From NCBI GenBank assembly GCA_964035545.1, contig CAXIUT010000078.1, positions 2,814 through 66,813 on the forward strand: DNA of 64,000 nucleotides, given 5' to 3'. Below the pieces are notes generated by a model. The model was not told the DNA's origin, did not search any database, and saw nothing but the letters and a program-made list of their open reading frames with translations. The translations under genes and the position numbers were made by a program. Position 1 is the stretch's first letter. Each line of letters starts with the position of its first letter. This document shows positions 38,411 through 53,196 of this stretch, piece after piece. The stretch comes from Bugula neritina (lineage: Eukaryota; Animalia; Bryozoa).

Positions 38411-41046
38411 TCATTCAATAGTGTCAACTATTAGCTATCCAGTATTCGTATTGTGGCAAACTTCTTCCATGTTGCATTTGTTAATCCAGAGTTTCATCTT
38501 TTTAATTAGTTGAGTTTTTTAATCTGCTTTTAGATTAAGGTAATTTCCAAAGTTGTTGAAACTCATGCGAATTTGTTTTTATTCCAACTAAGGATGGTTA
38601 ATATCAATTTTATCCTGTTATATCTGAATTACCTTATCTAGATCAAGTTTGTAAAGAGATATTGGCTAGAGAAACTCCACAGAACCATATTTATTACTAA
38701 CTTTTACTCCTTGAACTTTCTTTAGTTGAGAAATTGTCATGTTTTTAAGTCTATCAATTGAAGGAGAAATATCAAAACTACCTCTGTCAGGAAGTTCTTC
38801 AATAGTAGGCGTATAAATTTTTTTACTTTGTTCCTGAGAGGCTTTGTAGGCTTTGCTAATATTTTTGTAATGAACTTCTCCTAAAGGATCTGCTTTTTTG
38901 GAAGGACTATAGGTACGTCTCAGTTTGAAGCTATCTTCATTCATATTTCCTGGTAAATGTGATCTTTCAGCATAGCTACGAGTATCAAGACTTTGAAAAT
39001 CTCTGAGTTCTGCTTCTGAAAAGAGGGATTCTTTTTGAAGAGGTTTACTGGTCCATTTATTTTCACTTTCTTCTTTTAGGAAGTTATCAAAAGGAGAAGA
39101 GCCTAGCATATCAGCTGCAGTATTGCTAGTATCATTATTTCCTTTATTAGCATTGTTATTGATAAGAATTTTACTAAGAGCTTAAAGGATTGGATTCGAA
39201 TTTGAAGCAGGATTAGCTCCTTGATTCTGTGCTCCCAAAGTAGAATTTAAAAATAGCTGAGGTAGTAATAGCTGCATAGTTGGGTCCATTTGTTGTTGAG
39301 GTTGTTGATATAATGGAGATATCATTTGAGAAAAAGTATTCAAGTTGAAAGGATTTGGAGTCATAGCTCCTTGAGTTCCAGGATTGGTTTGTTGTTGAAA
39401 ATTTTGAGGGAATTGTGAGGGTGCTCCAGGAGTAGCTGGAGTATTGAAAAGAGATGGAGGAGCTTGTAAAGGAGCTTGCAAAGGAGCTGAAGTTCCAAAA
39501 AGAGATGGAGCTGCTGTTGGAGCCTGTCCACCTAAAGGAGATGCCTGAGTAGTGCCACCAAAAAGAGATGGAGCTTGTTGCTGTTGTTGTGGCTGTTGAG
39601 TTCCAAATAAGGAACTTTGTGGTTGTTGCTGTTGTCCATAGGGTGAAGCTGGTTGCGATGATCCTCCTCCAAAAAGTGAGTTTGGTTGATTGCTAACTTG
39701 ACCAAAAAGATTTCCAGCTTGTTGTTGCTGAGGTTGAGTTGCTCCTCCTCCTAAAAGCGAAGCAGTTGGGTTGGTTTGACCGAAAAGAGAATTCTGAGTT
39801 GTGGGATTAGAACCTCCAAAAGAGAATTGCTCTGAGCTGGAGGTGTAGTATTGGATTTTAATCCTGTAAATAATCCAGCTCCTTGAGTACTAGTAGAAGG
39901 CTGAGTTCCTGCAAAGAGAGTGCTACCACTAGTAGTATTGGAAGTTGTTCCGAAAGAGGGGATAGAATTGAGAGGATTATTATTTGGCTTTTGGAAGTTT
40001 AATCCCTGTTGTTGTTGATTCATGCCTGGTTGAGTGACTCCTTGCTGATTGATAGCTGGTTGTTGACCTCCATTCTGAAGGAAAAGAATTCTTAGTTCTT
40101 CTTTATTTGAACCTTGAAATTGTTCCAGAGCAGAAATACATTTTATAAGATGTTTTTGGTCAAGTTTAGAATTTTTACTACGAACTGGTTGGAATGTTTG
40201 CCCTGTAGTTGGTTGAGTTGTATTTGTTGGTATCCCCCAGCTAGTTCCTCCAAGCTTGTTATTATTCTGGGGATTAGTAGTTGCTTGGTTTCCAAAAAGA
40301 GGTGAGTTATTTTGTGGAGTACTAGAAGCAAAACTAGAGAATAGTCCTCCACTGCTTTGTGGATTTCCTGATGTTCCTTGAGCTTGATAAGAATTAGTTG
40401 TTTTATTTCCGAAAATGCCAGCTCCTTGTTGCTGTTGTGGCTGTTGTTGACCTGTACTGAAAGGACTATTGCCTTGATTTTGTCCTCCCATAAAGCTTTG
40501 ATTATTGGGAGTTGAAGTATTTCCTCCAAATATTCCTCCTGAGTTGTTTGGTTGAGTATTTGCTTGTTGTCCAAAGATTCCTGTACCTTGATTTTGTTGT
40601 CCGAATATATTGGATCCCTGAGGATTTTGTTGTTGATTGGTCACACCTGTAAAGGCATTTTGTGTTGGTTGAGAGCCTGAGAAGAGTCCACCTGTAGTGG
40701 AGTTATTCTGAGATCCTCCAAAAATTCCTCCTTGACTAGGCTGTGTGGGCGCGTTTCCGAGGACTATGCTTGTCTGAAGTAGATTATTTTGAGGATTCCC
40801 TGTAAAAGCCTGGTTGTTAGAAGTTGCAGCTGTTCCAAATGGGCTGTTATTAGGTTGTTGTTGATTAGATTGCCCAAAAATTCCTCCTTGGTTGTTTTGA
40901 GTTTGAGTTTGATTTTGTCCAAATAGTCCAGAGCTAGCTTGACTGGTTGAAGTGAAAGCACTTTGTCCTCCATAGCCTTTGTTTTGCCCTTGAGAAAAGA
41001 GTCCTGCACCTTGGCTTGATCCGTAAGAACTTGAGCTGCTAAACAT
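38411..41046 (-). CDS. NUP98: Nucleoporin Nup98, GLFG-type, without Nup96
   Basis: GLFG/GIFG/SLFG repeats, GLEBS-like CISALEQFQGSNKEELR, C-terminal APD-like PSIDRL...NKYGSVEFLEP; 1-nt indel near 39815. Confidence 0.92.
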
Positions 41047-41156
41047 TATTTAATATTCAATATCACCCTGCCTTTTTAAATAAAAGGTATAATTCTCAAA
41101 CAAACTGTCTAATTTTATCAAATTCAATATAAATAAATAGAGCTTAGTATTGAGAG

Positions 41157-41492
41157 ATGGGATGTAAACCGCCATCTCCAAGAAAAAGGATATTGATACC
41201 AAAAGGCAGGGATCTCAAAGATGAGGAATCTTAACACAAAAACTTCAAAGATAAAATGCATTCTGAAAAGATAAAATAAAATGTTTTATCTAAAACATAG
41301 ACTTCTATGGAAAAAACTGTCAATAAAAAATCAAACAAAGAGAGTAAAAAAGTTGTTCCATCTAAAGCTATTTTGTTTAACTCTGGAGTTTAAATAGAAT
41401 AATTTTAGGATATTTAGATTAAGGAAGAAAGACGTAAATTTACAATGGAAGTCATGGACTACTGTCAAAAGTAACATTTTTAATCTAAATGA
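41157..41492 (+). CDS. Small MGC-motif protein, paralog of 9871-10210
   Basis: MGCKPPSPRKRILIPKGRD...EERRKFTMEVMDYCQKEHF; 336-nt ORF. Confidence 0.7.
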
Positions 41493-41593
41493 TAGTTTAT
41501 TTTCATCTATATCCAATATTTTATGCTTTAACATAAATTTTGAAGATAAAAAATCTATAAAAAATAATTTGATATTAAATATTGAAAGGATTA

Positions 41594-44500
41594 TCAATAG
41601 TTATCTTCCTCTGAAAGAACAATTATTTATCCAGAACTGCTTACTAAAAAGAATTTATTCTCATAAAACTTTAATTCTTTGATCCTTTATGAGGCAGCTA
41701 TAAATCTCTAACTTACTTTAAGAAAGGCAATTCCAATATCTTCAAACGATTTTATTAAGCAAGACCAAGGAAATCTATGAAGTTATGAGTGAATTTGACA
41801 GGAGGACAAAAAAATTTGGTCTACCTAGAAGCTAATAACTGCCCATTACCACTATATACCAAGATTTATAAAGCAGTGCTGATTACTAAACTGAAAAGTG
41901 GGTCAGTAGTTATGAGACAGTGTAAAGCTTTTCCTGATAATTCTATTGATCGAATCATCTTGACTCCTCTCATCTTGAACTTGTCATAGATATAGTTAAG
42001 AGATCTATTGGCCCTAATGAGTGTCACTAAGCACCCACTAAGGATACAAAAGAATCCTCCTCCCTCAGTGATGGAAGTGATAGGTGCCATGTAATATTCA
42101 GATGCTATTTTTATAAGAGAAACATTTTATTTCTATCCATAAACTATCTAATAGACCTAAAGAAGGCCGTTAGAGCAACCTACAAGAAGAAGATTTTCTT
42201 GATCATTGACAAGTAAACATAGTTTGGAAGGTCCTTTTTTTTATTATATTTTTTTTGCTTAAGGGAGTGCAAAGATAAGTATATCTCCGTTTATATAAGA
42301 GGCTACAGCTAGATACTTATTTTATCCAAAAATAACAACTCTGTTAAGGAACTAGCCATCTTACAGGAAGTAAAATATTTTATTTGCTGTTGTTTCTCAG
42401 CACTCGAATCTCCTTCTATCCGGTTTATGATCCATCATACTTGTAGTGTAGTAGATTATAGTTGTAGAAGAGAGTGATTTTTTACTAATAAACATTGAGA
42501 ATTGTGATTATTGTATCAGTTTTAATAGAAAATACTTGGTTAACAATCTTAAAGTCTAGAGTATTTTTTTTGTTTTTAGATCTGTTTCCATGAGGTTTAG
42601 TCCAGAGCTGAGATGGAGTTTGTCCGAAATGCATTATTTGGGCTTCTTTGCTAATTCGAGTTTGTTCATCTGTTATATCTTTGAGCTAAATAGCATCTTA
42701 GTAAGTAAGATAGAAGAAAGAATTTAGATTTTCCTATGCAAGTTATCCTCTTTGTTTATATCCAAAAATAAGATCTATCCATTATCCTAAGTATTCATTG
42801 GCATAATCAGACTCAAGTTCTTTTCTCTGTTTGACAATAAACTAGTATGCATTAGAAGCCCAAGGAGGAAGTTGAACATTATGAATCCTTTGTTTTTTTT
42901 GTGTTAATCCAAAGTCATTTTGGTAATATTTAGTAAGAACTCAGGCAAATAATAGAACTATGGAGTTAGTTATCGAACGTCTGATACTTCACTCGTAATA
43001 CTTTTCCAACAAAGTTAAAGGGAAGAAAATAGTCGATCTGGAAGATCAAACTTACCTCCTTGAAGGGTTCTGCTGGCTTAGGTGTAAGGTTTTAATCTTA
43101 ACATGAAGTTAAAAACTACTCCTGGTGAACTATAGTGAGTACCATACTGATAGGGAGGGACTGGATCGAAGGGATCACAATTGAGCATCTTTGACCTGAA
43201 AAATTCGACTCTTTCAGCATTACCCTAAATAAAAAAAAGCATACTAATGCTCCTACAGTTTTAGAGAGGTCTCTATATTGGTATTGAGAAGAATTATAGC
43301 AATTAATCAGCCAGGGAAAGACTGGGAAGTTGGCTGGATCAAGATAAGATCTACCAGCTTCTTTATTAACAATCATAAGATACTGAAAATTGCTGATAGA
43401 ATGATTACGCCATAGAGCAGTTGCTTCTTCAAGTTTAGCTTGAGAATTGAGAATGATTTTTTTGCTATAAAAATAAATTTGGTTTAATTTTGCAATATTT
43501 CCTTTTTCTGGTTTGTACTGTTTGGTTTAAAGTAGTTCTAGGAACTATTATTTATCTTAATTAGGAAACTGGAAAACTAGACTAGTTCCATCTTCAAATT
43601 AAATCAGAAGACATTCCCTTTTGGCGAGATATCTTCTTTCCATGATATTAGATATTTCTACTAAAGGCCAGTATTTTCACTGGTTTATATTCTGCCAGAA
43701 TGAATGAAGTGAAATCTAAGTGAGAATCTTTCTGGAAAGTTGAAATATATTTAAATCTATAAAAATAAATATTTACTTTAGCTTTTAATTTTCAATAAAG
43801 AGGTGTCCTCTCCTTTTAGAATTGTGCTTGATCCAGGTGACATAGAAGGCTCTTCCTTGATCTTGAGTGTTGATCAATTTTTACAAGAAAGATTTTTATT
43901 TCTTTTTCAGTTAAGTTTATTCGTGCATGTGGTAGAGATATTTGGAGTTGCGATATTAGAATTATTTTTCCATGAGAACCTTTTTAACATGCCAGGGTTC
44001 AATATGTTATACTTCGAGAACTGGTCTGACCTGATTTTTATCCATAAACTTACTGAATTTATGTCTGTAAGGGAGAGATGATTTTTTTTAGAAAGGAAGT
44101 TACATAGTTTATCTCTGGTTCATGGATACTGACCAAAAGTAGTGATAAAGTCTTAATCTTTTCCATATCTTGATCCAAATTCTTTGAGTTTTTCTGTAAT
44201 TGATATTGTTTGTCCTTAAATGTTCTGAAATAAATATTTTTTTAAATTAATGACTATTGAAGAAACAAGACTCACTTATTTTACTTGATTTTAATTTTTT
44301 TGATTTTTCAAAGAGTTACTCAACTTAGTTAGTGACTATTTGTTGATTAGATTGATGATTTTTGATTGTCTGTGATATTTTTGTTTCAAGAGAAAAAATT
44401 AAATTATTCTTAAAGTAACCAGTTATTCTAGGATGTTTTAGAACTTATGCCACCTTCTATTTTGAATTCTCAGGCAGGTTTAGTAAGTCTTCAAGAGTAA

Positions 44501-47500
44501 ATACTTCTTTGAGAACTTAGAAAATAAAGAAATTATATTATTAGACGTTCTTGAAAGCAGCTGCTTTTTGGATACTTTTTTCAAAACTTAAGGTCGACCA
44601 AGCTTATCACAAAGAGAGTGAACTAATAGTCCAATAAAAACAAAAATCTGACTCAAGGTTTTTTCAATTAAATATGAAAACTATGGCTAACTGGTTTGGA
44701 GCATGTTATAGAGAAAATGCAGAAGGTTTCTAGTGATGCTGATGGGAAGAGCCTGTTTACGTTAGTTGTGATTTTCCTGTTTTAAGCCATCTCGGCTACT
44801 AAGTAGAAGAAACCATAAAAAAAAGTTTAAAAGGATTTGTAGGGTTTACTCAAGAAGGATTTTATTATTGCTTAGGATGCAAGATTAGATGACCAGAGAA
44901 AGGAGGATGGTGATAATTTATCCTGTGAAAGTTTTTCTTTATTTTTTTATATTTAGAAGAGATTGAACTATATTTCAATGAGAAATAGAAGTCTGTTTTT
45001 ATAGAGTTCTGAGTTAGACTTTGTATATTCAAGATCAAAATAGGCATTAATGATTTTAATTGTCTGGGCATGAGATTTAAGCAAATCAAGGTCTGATACT
45101 TTGAAGCAATTTACTGCTTATAGGATTAGTTTAGCATCTGAAAATACTTTATTGCTTTTATTTTTGTTTTTGATGTTAGCAATTGGATCTAGTAAATTGC
45201 TCATAGACTATGAAGAGATGTATTATCCAATTGAGAGATATTTTTGTAGTGAATTGAAATACTGGAAGAATGGATATTGTTCTGGAAGTTGATTGTTGAA
45301 GACTGTTAGATTAACTAAGAAGATAAGGTTTGATATATTAAACATGTTTTTTTCAGTTAGTTTAAGAACCCTAAGGATGAATTTATGATCTACTGCTTTG
45401 ACGGCTTGGTTAATGTGAGTAGAAGAGTGTTGAGAGGTTAAAAGAGGATCTTTTTGGTTTTGTTGCATAATGCTGCTGAGTCTCAGTAGATAGCTGTACA
45501 AATGGGTCCAATTTTAGCGCATATTGATAATTGTATAATCAACAATGAAGATAATGTTTATTATAATGTCGTTATTTCCATCTAGAGAAACTTCTTCTCT
45601 GGACTTTAGAGGGTACTTCACCTTATCTTCATATTTTTATTTTTAACTATCAGATTCAATAATTGATAGTTATTTGAGGATGAATTCAGTTAGTAACAGT
45701 TTATAAAGTTTATCGAAATGATTTGGGTAATGAGGTCCTAATTATTTTCTATGGAAAGCAAAGACTACTGTGTTACGAATCATACTGACAATATTTTTCT
45801 AAATTCAGAGCAACATTGTCTGAAGTAAGGTTCCAAGATCAAGCAATAGTCATCATGTCTCAACAACCATTCTTGATCCTTCTGATCGAAATCAAAACAT
45901 AAACGAGTTATCACTTAATAGAGTTATTTATTAGAGGAAAGAGGAAAATTTCTTTTTTATTTTGATTAGTATTTATTTATTTTGAAGGAATTAATCAGTT
46001 TAAATTTATCTATAGGCATTTTAGATTTTGAATTTTTTGGTGATAAACTTCTACCTATTTTGGTTTTTTTTTATTGTTTTTTGTTCATAGTATTCTTTTG
46101 ATCGAGTAAGTAGGTTCTTTAAAAGGTTTATGCTATTTTATGGATGTTATTTTGTTCTAGTTCGATTGATTACTTGTCAAACTACTGGCAGGACATCAAA
46201 ATTTCTATTAAATGTACTAATTATTCAGGAAGAAAAGTTCCTTATAGATATAGATAAATGTAAGGAAGGAAATTTAGTTGGTTTAGATAGTAATGACAGT
46301 TTACTTTTATACCTTTACTTAAACTTTAAAGTAGAAATAATTTTAAACAACAAGAGTAATTGCTCAATAATAAGTCCATAACTTTCGTATTTAAGGAGCG
46401 AAAACAGGGGTATTTGGGTAATTGTTAAAAGACTAGTTTTAATATACTTTTTATATGAATTTCTTGATGAAGATAATTATTGTTTATTTTGGATTTACTA
46501 TTTTATTAAATTTTACTATTGTACTTTTTTAGATTGTCTTAATTATCACTAGATCTGTTGATATTATTTTAGGAATTAAAGTGATGATGACAACATAACT
46601 CTGAGTATTATGGTTCGAAATTATCAATAAAGTAGTGAAAGAGATCATCAAGAGTAATAAGATTGTAAGACCATTAAAAATTTATTTTAAAATATTATTC
46701 AATTATTTAAAGGATACCTTTTACTGCTGTTTGATCTTTTATTTTACCAGTATTAATTTTAAGAATAAAATTTACTAAAATTATCTTTTAAGTATTCTGT
46801 TGCTTATTATAAGATGGATTTCTCTAATTATTTATACTACTTCTTGGTTGATATAGGCTGGATTGATTTCATTGATAAGTTGACTAGCTATGCTAAAAAA
46901 TTGACAGTTGATAGCTTAAACTTCAACATTTCCAAACCCTTATTTAAAAAATATGAGATATAGTTTAAAGATATCGATGAGAGCTGAAGGATATTGTTCA
47001 TAATTATAGAATTTGAGGAGATGAATAAAGGGAAGATAAGTGTATAATCCTCCATAATAGTTGATATCTACTTCTTGAAAGGGGTTTGAATAAATACCTA
47101 TGTTATCCAACATTTAAGCATGATTTTGGCTTGAAATATCATAGATCATATCTTTGTTATTTCTTTTGGTTTTTAAAATTGGACTGTATAGGACAAAGAG
47201 ATCTCTGATATTTTTCTTGTTGATGATAAGAAATGATTCGATGTGACTCCATTTATTCATCACCATCTTATTGCTATATCAAGGAAAAAGTACAACAAGA
47301 ATATTTCACTACGACTCAGCACAAAACAATGAAGTCGACCATAGAAGTAGTTGGCTATAGTCAGCTATGCCAACTCGTCTGTCATGCTGATTGAAGGCAA
47401 AGGCAGATCTTTGAATTTATATTATATTCCATTAATAGTACAAGTAAGTTAATAGTGATTTCTTAGGAGTTTTTGTATTTGAATATAGCTAAGAGAAAAA

Positions 47501-48308
47501 GTGATCCACTTTTTACAGGGAAGTTTGCAGATGGTTAAGAGATCAGGACTGGAGTAGACTTTGATTTTTAGTTCTGCTTAGGAAGTAATTAGAAGTAAAA
47601 AATCATCTTTCTGGGTGGAAAGAGTGAATAAATTCATTTATTCTTGAAGAAATTGTTCGATATATAGTTTGAAATTGAGGTGAAATCCTTTCATGAAGGG
47701 CCATTTCATTCTTTTTGTTTTCATTCTGAGTCCTCCTTCTTCTCCATAAGTTATAAAATAGTGATGAGGTTCATTTTATCGACATTTTTGATGACTAAAC
47801 AATACTCTAAGCAATCCAAGTGACATCATAAGGCTTCTTTCGATTATTTTTTAATGATAGAATTATTTTATGAGATTGGAAAGAATCTTTTTAATAATTG
47901 TACAGTTGATAGGATAGAGTAAGATGAAGGGGACTAATAATTAGCATATTGAGTTTACTTCATTTGTTTAAATTTTAAGAGCGAGAAGAAATTCAATTAA
48001 ACTATCGAGGATGCATTGATTATATTCGATTATTTATTGATCTCTTTTGGCTAAAATCAAGGAATTAAATTCATTGCTTTTAAAAAGGTTACTGATGGTT
48101 GTATAAGCTGTTATCTAAATTAATTTTCAAGTACTTTGAGTTTAATAGGTTATTTTTCAATAGTTTTCAACAGTATTTTTATTATTTCTGGGTTGACAAG
48201 GAGGTTAAGAGAGTGATTAAGATCTGAGTCTTTAGTATCTGCGAACGTATAAAGTTTCTAAATGATTTTAAGATAGTCAAAGGGCAGTCTTTAACTCTAT
48301 TATTCCAT
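41594..48308 (-). CDS. BEACH-domain protein (ConA-like, PH, BEACH, WD40)
   Basis: WPFMKGF, ISNFQYLMIVNKEAGRSY..FPVFPW, YGTHYS, GGKFDLPDRLF, DVRELTPEFY, LPPWA, WIDLIFGYKQRG, FGQTP. Confidence 0.92.
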
Positions 48309-48468
48309 TTCAATTATAATAAATATCCCTTTCAAATTAAGATATAAAATATTTAAATATCTAAAAAAGATTTAACTACTTAGTCAATTCAATTTTTTAA
48401 AAATTATGAAATATAAGAATATAGATTAATATCTATTAAAATTATTTATAAAACTATTGAAAAGAATC

Positions 48469-50868
48469 TCATTAAAAATCATTTTAAAATTATAGAGTAA
48501 ATACACGATCAAATATCGAAATATTATTATTTTGCTTTTTAGAGCATCTTTTTGTTCTTCTTTAAATCTATATTGATAATCTTTTTCTCAGCTTAATACT
48601 TCTTCAAAAAAAGATCCTTCCCTTTTTTAACTTATTATTTCCCTATCTTCGGTAAGTTCATTTGCGATATCTTCTCTAAATAAATAGAATGGCGTCTGTC
48701 AGTTACTTTTGTGTACTCTACAAATAACTCATAGCTTTTAAAAGATAATTCACTCTTTACTGTATCTATTTTAATTTTTTTGAGTAACTCTTCTGGTTTT
48801 TCTTTGGTAAAAGTAAAAGATTTGCAGTTTGTAACATGTTCTTTCTCAACTCTCAAAAAGTTCCAAATGCATCTTCTCAGTATTTAGAGTAATCCAGTTA
48901 CAAAAGGTAAGAATGTAGACTTAGGAATAAGTTCTATTACTGAGGGACTAATGGTTAGAGTCCATGAACATCTTAAGATTAAGTTGACAACCATTACTGC
49001 ATAGTATATTAGAGGGCTTTTATAACAGAGAGTATTTCTGAGGAAAGGATACTTGGAATTTTTCTCAAGTAAACCCCAATCATTTTTCTAAGTTAACAAA
49101 AAATTACTAAGTCCCAATAGTAGGAATAAAAAGTACTTATAACACTGCTTAAAATAAAAGGTATGAATAGATATTTATGCAAAGAATCAAATGAACTCAT
49201 AAAACTGAGAGAAGAAGTTACCACTGAAGAAAAGTACTTGAAAAAGTTCCACATCTGAAGATGACCTATAAACTTTCCTGTTTCTGACTGTCTAGCCTGA
49301 GTAAAGCATTGCACCATTCGTAGCAAAAGAGGAATAATTGCTGCCACATAGCCAATGATAATACCATCAATTGAACCAGCTTTTAGACAATTTTAAGCAT
49401 CTTCAACTGTGAAATCTGAAGTATAAAAACAAACAGTATAAGCGAAATCTTTGATTGGAGTGACAAAAGAGACAGCTTGATCAGTGGCAAAGCTGAGGAC
49501 AAAGCTCATTTTGACACAGCAACTGAGGAATATCATCCTTAGCATATCATAGAAGTATTATCTACCCTTTGAATTAAAAAATTATCTACTAGGGAAAAAG
49601 ATATAGCTAAAATAAATACTCCAAACTACTAAAGGAGTATATTAAATAGGTAGAGATAGCTATTGGTCTTGATTGACATCGAGACCAATCAGATAAATGA
49701 AAAGCATGAGACAAAAGAAGAGAGAAAAGAAGGAAGCTCTTTTCATGATCTGGAAAGGAGTAGAGTAGTGAGACCCATAGTCAAGGATGGTTCTGAAGTT
49801 AATTTTGAATTTAAGAAAGCCATAAGTGTTCCAAGCCATTCCCCACATGTAAAGAATGAAAAGCCCTATTCCTCTGAACATTGGGAAAATATATATCATT
49901 GAGTCAATATGAGATTCATCTTCTTTGTCAAAGTTCATTATATTCAGAAAAAGTATCAACAACAGAGTTCCCAGTACGATGACTCCCAGACCAACGTAGA
50001 GTCCCAACAAAAAGAAGTTTTTATTAGAGACTTTTTTTTCTTCTGATGATCTGACAAACTTATTCAAGTTTGAGTGCGAATGTTCATTGCAATATATTGG
50101 AGAGTAGAATAATTTTTAAGATTCTTCTTTAATTGTTTTCAGATAGTGCATTAGTTCATCAAGATTTTATTCACTTGCTTGATCAAATATTTCAGACTGA
50201 GTGAGATTGGCTAGTAGAAGGTTTTATTATTCTTCAATTTTAATTATACTCTATTTAAGGATATTTTGATTTTATTTAATTATGTCTTGACTCTTTTTAT
50301 TGACTGGTTATTTATTTTATGTTTTCTTTAAAAGAGGAATTGCGTATTTATTTTAAACTTATTGGAAAGTTTTTTTGAGTCTGAGATTTAAAAGGATGAA
50401 TTTCTCTAGACAAATCGTGTTGGCATATACCATTTTTATTAAAGTTTTAGTTTAATGTTTTTTCTGATAATTTTAATGTTGCAAGTCTTCCTCCATTTCA
50501 TGTTAGATTGTTAGATTAACAATTTATCTCCAGATGTAAATGATTTCATTGACTTTCCAAATCAAAAATAAGTTTATTTTTTATGATCCTTCTTGATTAA
50601 TATCTTTCAGGTAATCTAGATTAGTTTGTATTTGTTGTTAGAGTTAAGGTTGAATATCTTTAACTTAGATGATGATTTGTTAATTTTTAAAGTACTAATA
50701 GTGACTATAGTCATATACTTTTTTGAGGAAGTAAAGAGTATATTAGACATCTTCATAATCAATATATGCTCCTCGCCATTCCGATATTATTTCTCTTTAA
50801 TAAGTTTACTTAATTTATTTGAGTTTGGTTTTCTATTTATCCAGATCAAGTTTACTTTGTTTATTCAT
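48469..50868 (-). CDS. SPX-EXS phosphate exporter (XPR1/SYG1-like)
   Basis: SPX start EWRGAYIDYE; EXS motifs ATDQ, RMVQC, NFFKY, YSYYWDL..DWGL, LEILRRCIWNFLRVEKEH; short intron near 49090. Confidence 0.9.
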
Positions 50869-51070
50869 AATTAATTGAAATAAAATAGTGAAAAAATCAA
50901 AAAATAGGTTATTTAAGGAAGAATTGATCTTGATAAAAGAAACAATTAAAGATATTTATTCTTTAAGATCAATATTTTATATTTTATATTTAAGGTAATA
51001 TTTTATTAGATAGTAATTATGATCTAGTTGAAATTTAGGTATAAGTCTAGCTTTACTATAATTTAGATAG

Positions 51071-52896
51071 ATGAAGAAAAGTACACCAGTGGGATCTATT
51101 TTCCTGGAAAAGTATATTAACAAAAGGAAGCTAGGAAAGGGAGCCTTTGGAGATGTCTTTCTTGTGGAGAATCCTGAAAAATAGCTCATGGCTCTCAAAA
51201 TGATTGACAAACAAAAAATGTCAGGATAAAACTAAGATATGATGGAGTATCTCAAAGGTTAAGTCAAGTGTATGAAAGATATGAATCACAAACATCTTGT
51301 CAAACTCTTCAATATGGAATAAGATGAAAATTATTACTACATGTTTCTGGAATATTGCGAAGGAGGAGATCTGGTAAATCTTCAAGCTACTTGTCCTAAC
51401 AAGGTCTTTCAAATTGAAACAGCAACTAAATTATTGAGTCAAGTCATACTTGGACTTGAGGTTCTACACAAGTAAGGCTATCTCCATAGAGACATTAAAA
51501 GTCAAAATATTTTGATAACTACCTAAAATGGAGAAAAGGTATTTTTTTATTGAAGTAGATATGCAAAGTAGCAGACTTTGGTTTTGCCAAGAGAGCTACT
51601 AATCTGACTGGAACTGTTCTCGGTACTTAAAACTATATGAGTCCCTAAATTTATAAATGTGGTCTTGAAGGCACAGAAGAAGAAGATGGCATATATGGGT
51701 ATTAAGCAGATATGTGGTCTTTTGGAGTACTATTCTTTTACATGCTCAACATGAGTTTCCCTTTCTGTAATTAGAAATTAATTTTAGAGTTAAATCCTTT
51801 TTGGTCTCTTGAAGAAAAATATAAGGAACTTTATAAACAAGCTGAAAACTTTAGTTACAGAAAAACAATTATGAAGACTCGTAAAAAAATAGAAGAAAAC
51901 TGTACTGATTAAATCGAAGATTTATTCAAGAAAATGTTTAATGTCAAGGCAGAAAAGAGAATTAATTTTTCAGAGATTAGACAACATCCTGTATTTTAAA
52001 AATATTTCCCTAAAGCAAGTGAAGTATCTAGGATCCTGTACCAAACAAAATTTAAGAGCAGTCGTTTTAAAAAAGTTTAAAATAAATTGAAAGAAAAGCT
52101 TAGTAAATTTCAAAAAAAAGATAGTTTGGGTATGTCATATATCAGTGCTATTGATGAAGAGGTAGATTTTATCAAGGAAAAAGAAATAGTGAGGTCTGAG
52201 TATGAAGAAATTCGCTTTCTATGGTATATGGTGGAAGATATCAGTCTTTATTAAAAAAGGATTGGATCGACCAAAAGCATTATGTTTGCTTTTAGTTTGA
52301 TTCAATACTACATTTATCTGTTGAAAAAATGGATTTCCTAATTAGGACCTATTTCATATTGTAAAAAACATAAATATATATAAGATCTTTCATGGAAAAG
52401 CTATTTTAATAGTCCTGATTTTAAGATGTAAGAAAAAAGATATGCTAATGAATTAATTATATCGCAAATGAAACTGGAAGGCATAAGAAAAAAATGTGGA
52501 TATAAACTTAAATAAATTGCTAAAATCAACAAATAATTTGAAGATTCCTTTTAATAAACTAAGTAAACTGATGAACTCAGTTAGAAATTTTTCATTTCAT
52601 ATCGAAAATCAACCAATATTCTTTATTCTACTCTGAGAGAGGAGTATAAAGTAGAGAAAACGAAGGAATTTTACTATTACTTATGTGCTATATGCATTTG
52701 TCATGTTTTTGATGAGTTTTATGAAAACCAGAAGCTGAAAGGAAAAATTTTTAAGGAGTATATTATTGAACAAGAAAAGGAAGTAATATATGGTACATTT
52801 TCGTATGAAAAGTTTGTTTATTACTTGAAGAATAGTGAGAAGACCGTCTTGGTTAAGCAGGCCAACGAAATAATTCAAAAAGTTATGACATAGTGA
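51071..52896 (+). CDS. ULK/Atg1-like Ser/Thr kinase, paralog A
   Basis: LGKGAFGDV, LEYCEGGDL, HRDIKSQNIL, KVADFGFAK, YMSP(TAA=E); two tiny introns. Confidence 0.9.
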
Positions 52897-52984
52897 TACA
52901 TTCGTTATTGAAATAAAATAAATATCATTATATTTATTCATATAATATAGAATAATTTACGTTTAAGTTAATTTTGATTCTTAT

Positions 52985-53066
52985 GGGGTTGGGGTTGGGG
53001 TTGGGGTTGGGGTTGGGGTTGGGGTTGGGGTTGGGGGTTGGGGTTGGGGTTGGGGTTGGGGTTGGG
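52985..53066 (+). repeat. Internal telomeric (GGGGTT)n tract 3
   Basis: 82 nt of repeat. Confidence 0.97.
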
Positions 53067-53196
53067 AATGATATTTAGAGATAGTGTCTAAGATGATCAA
53101 AAATTCAAAAAATTATTAAATATTGAGTTTAAAATAATAAGTTTAGCTAAGCTTAATATTCGCTAAACTATGATTATAATTATATCTTACATCAAC

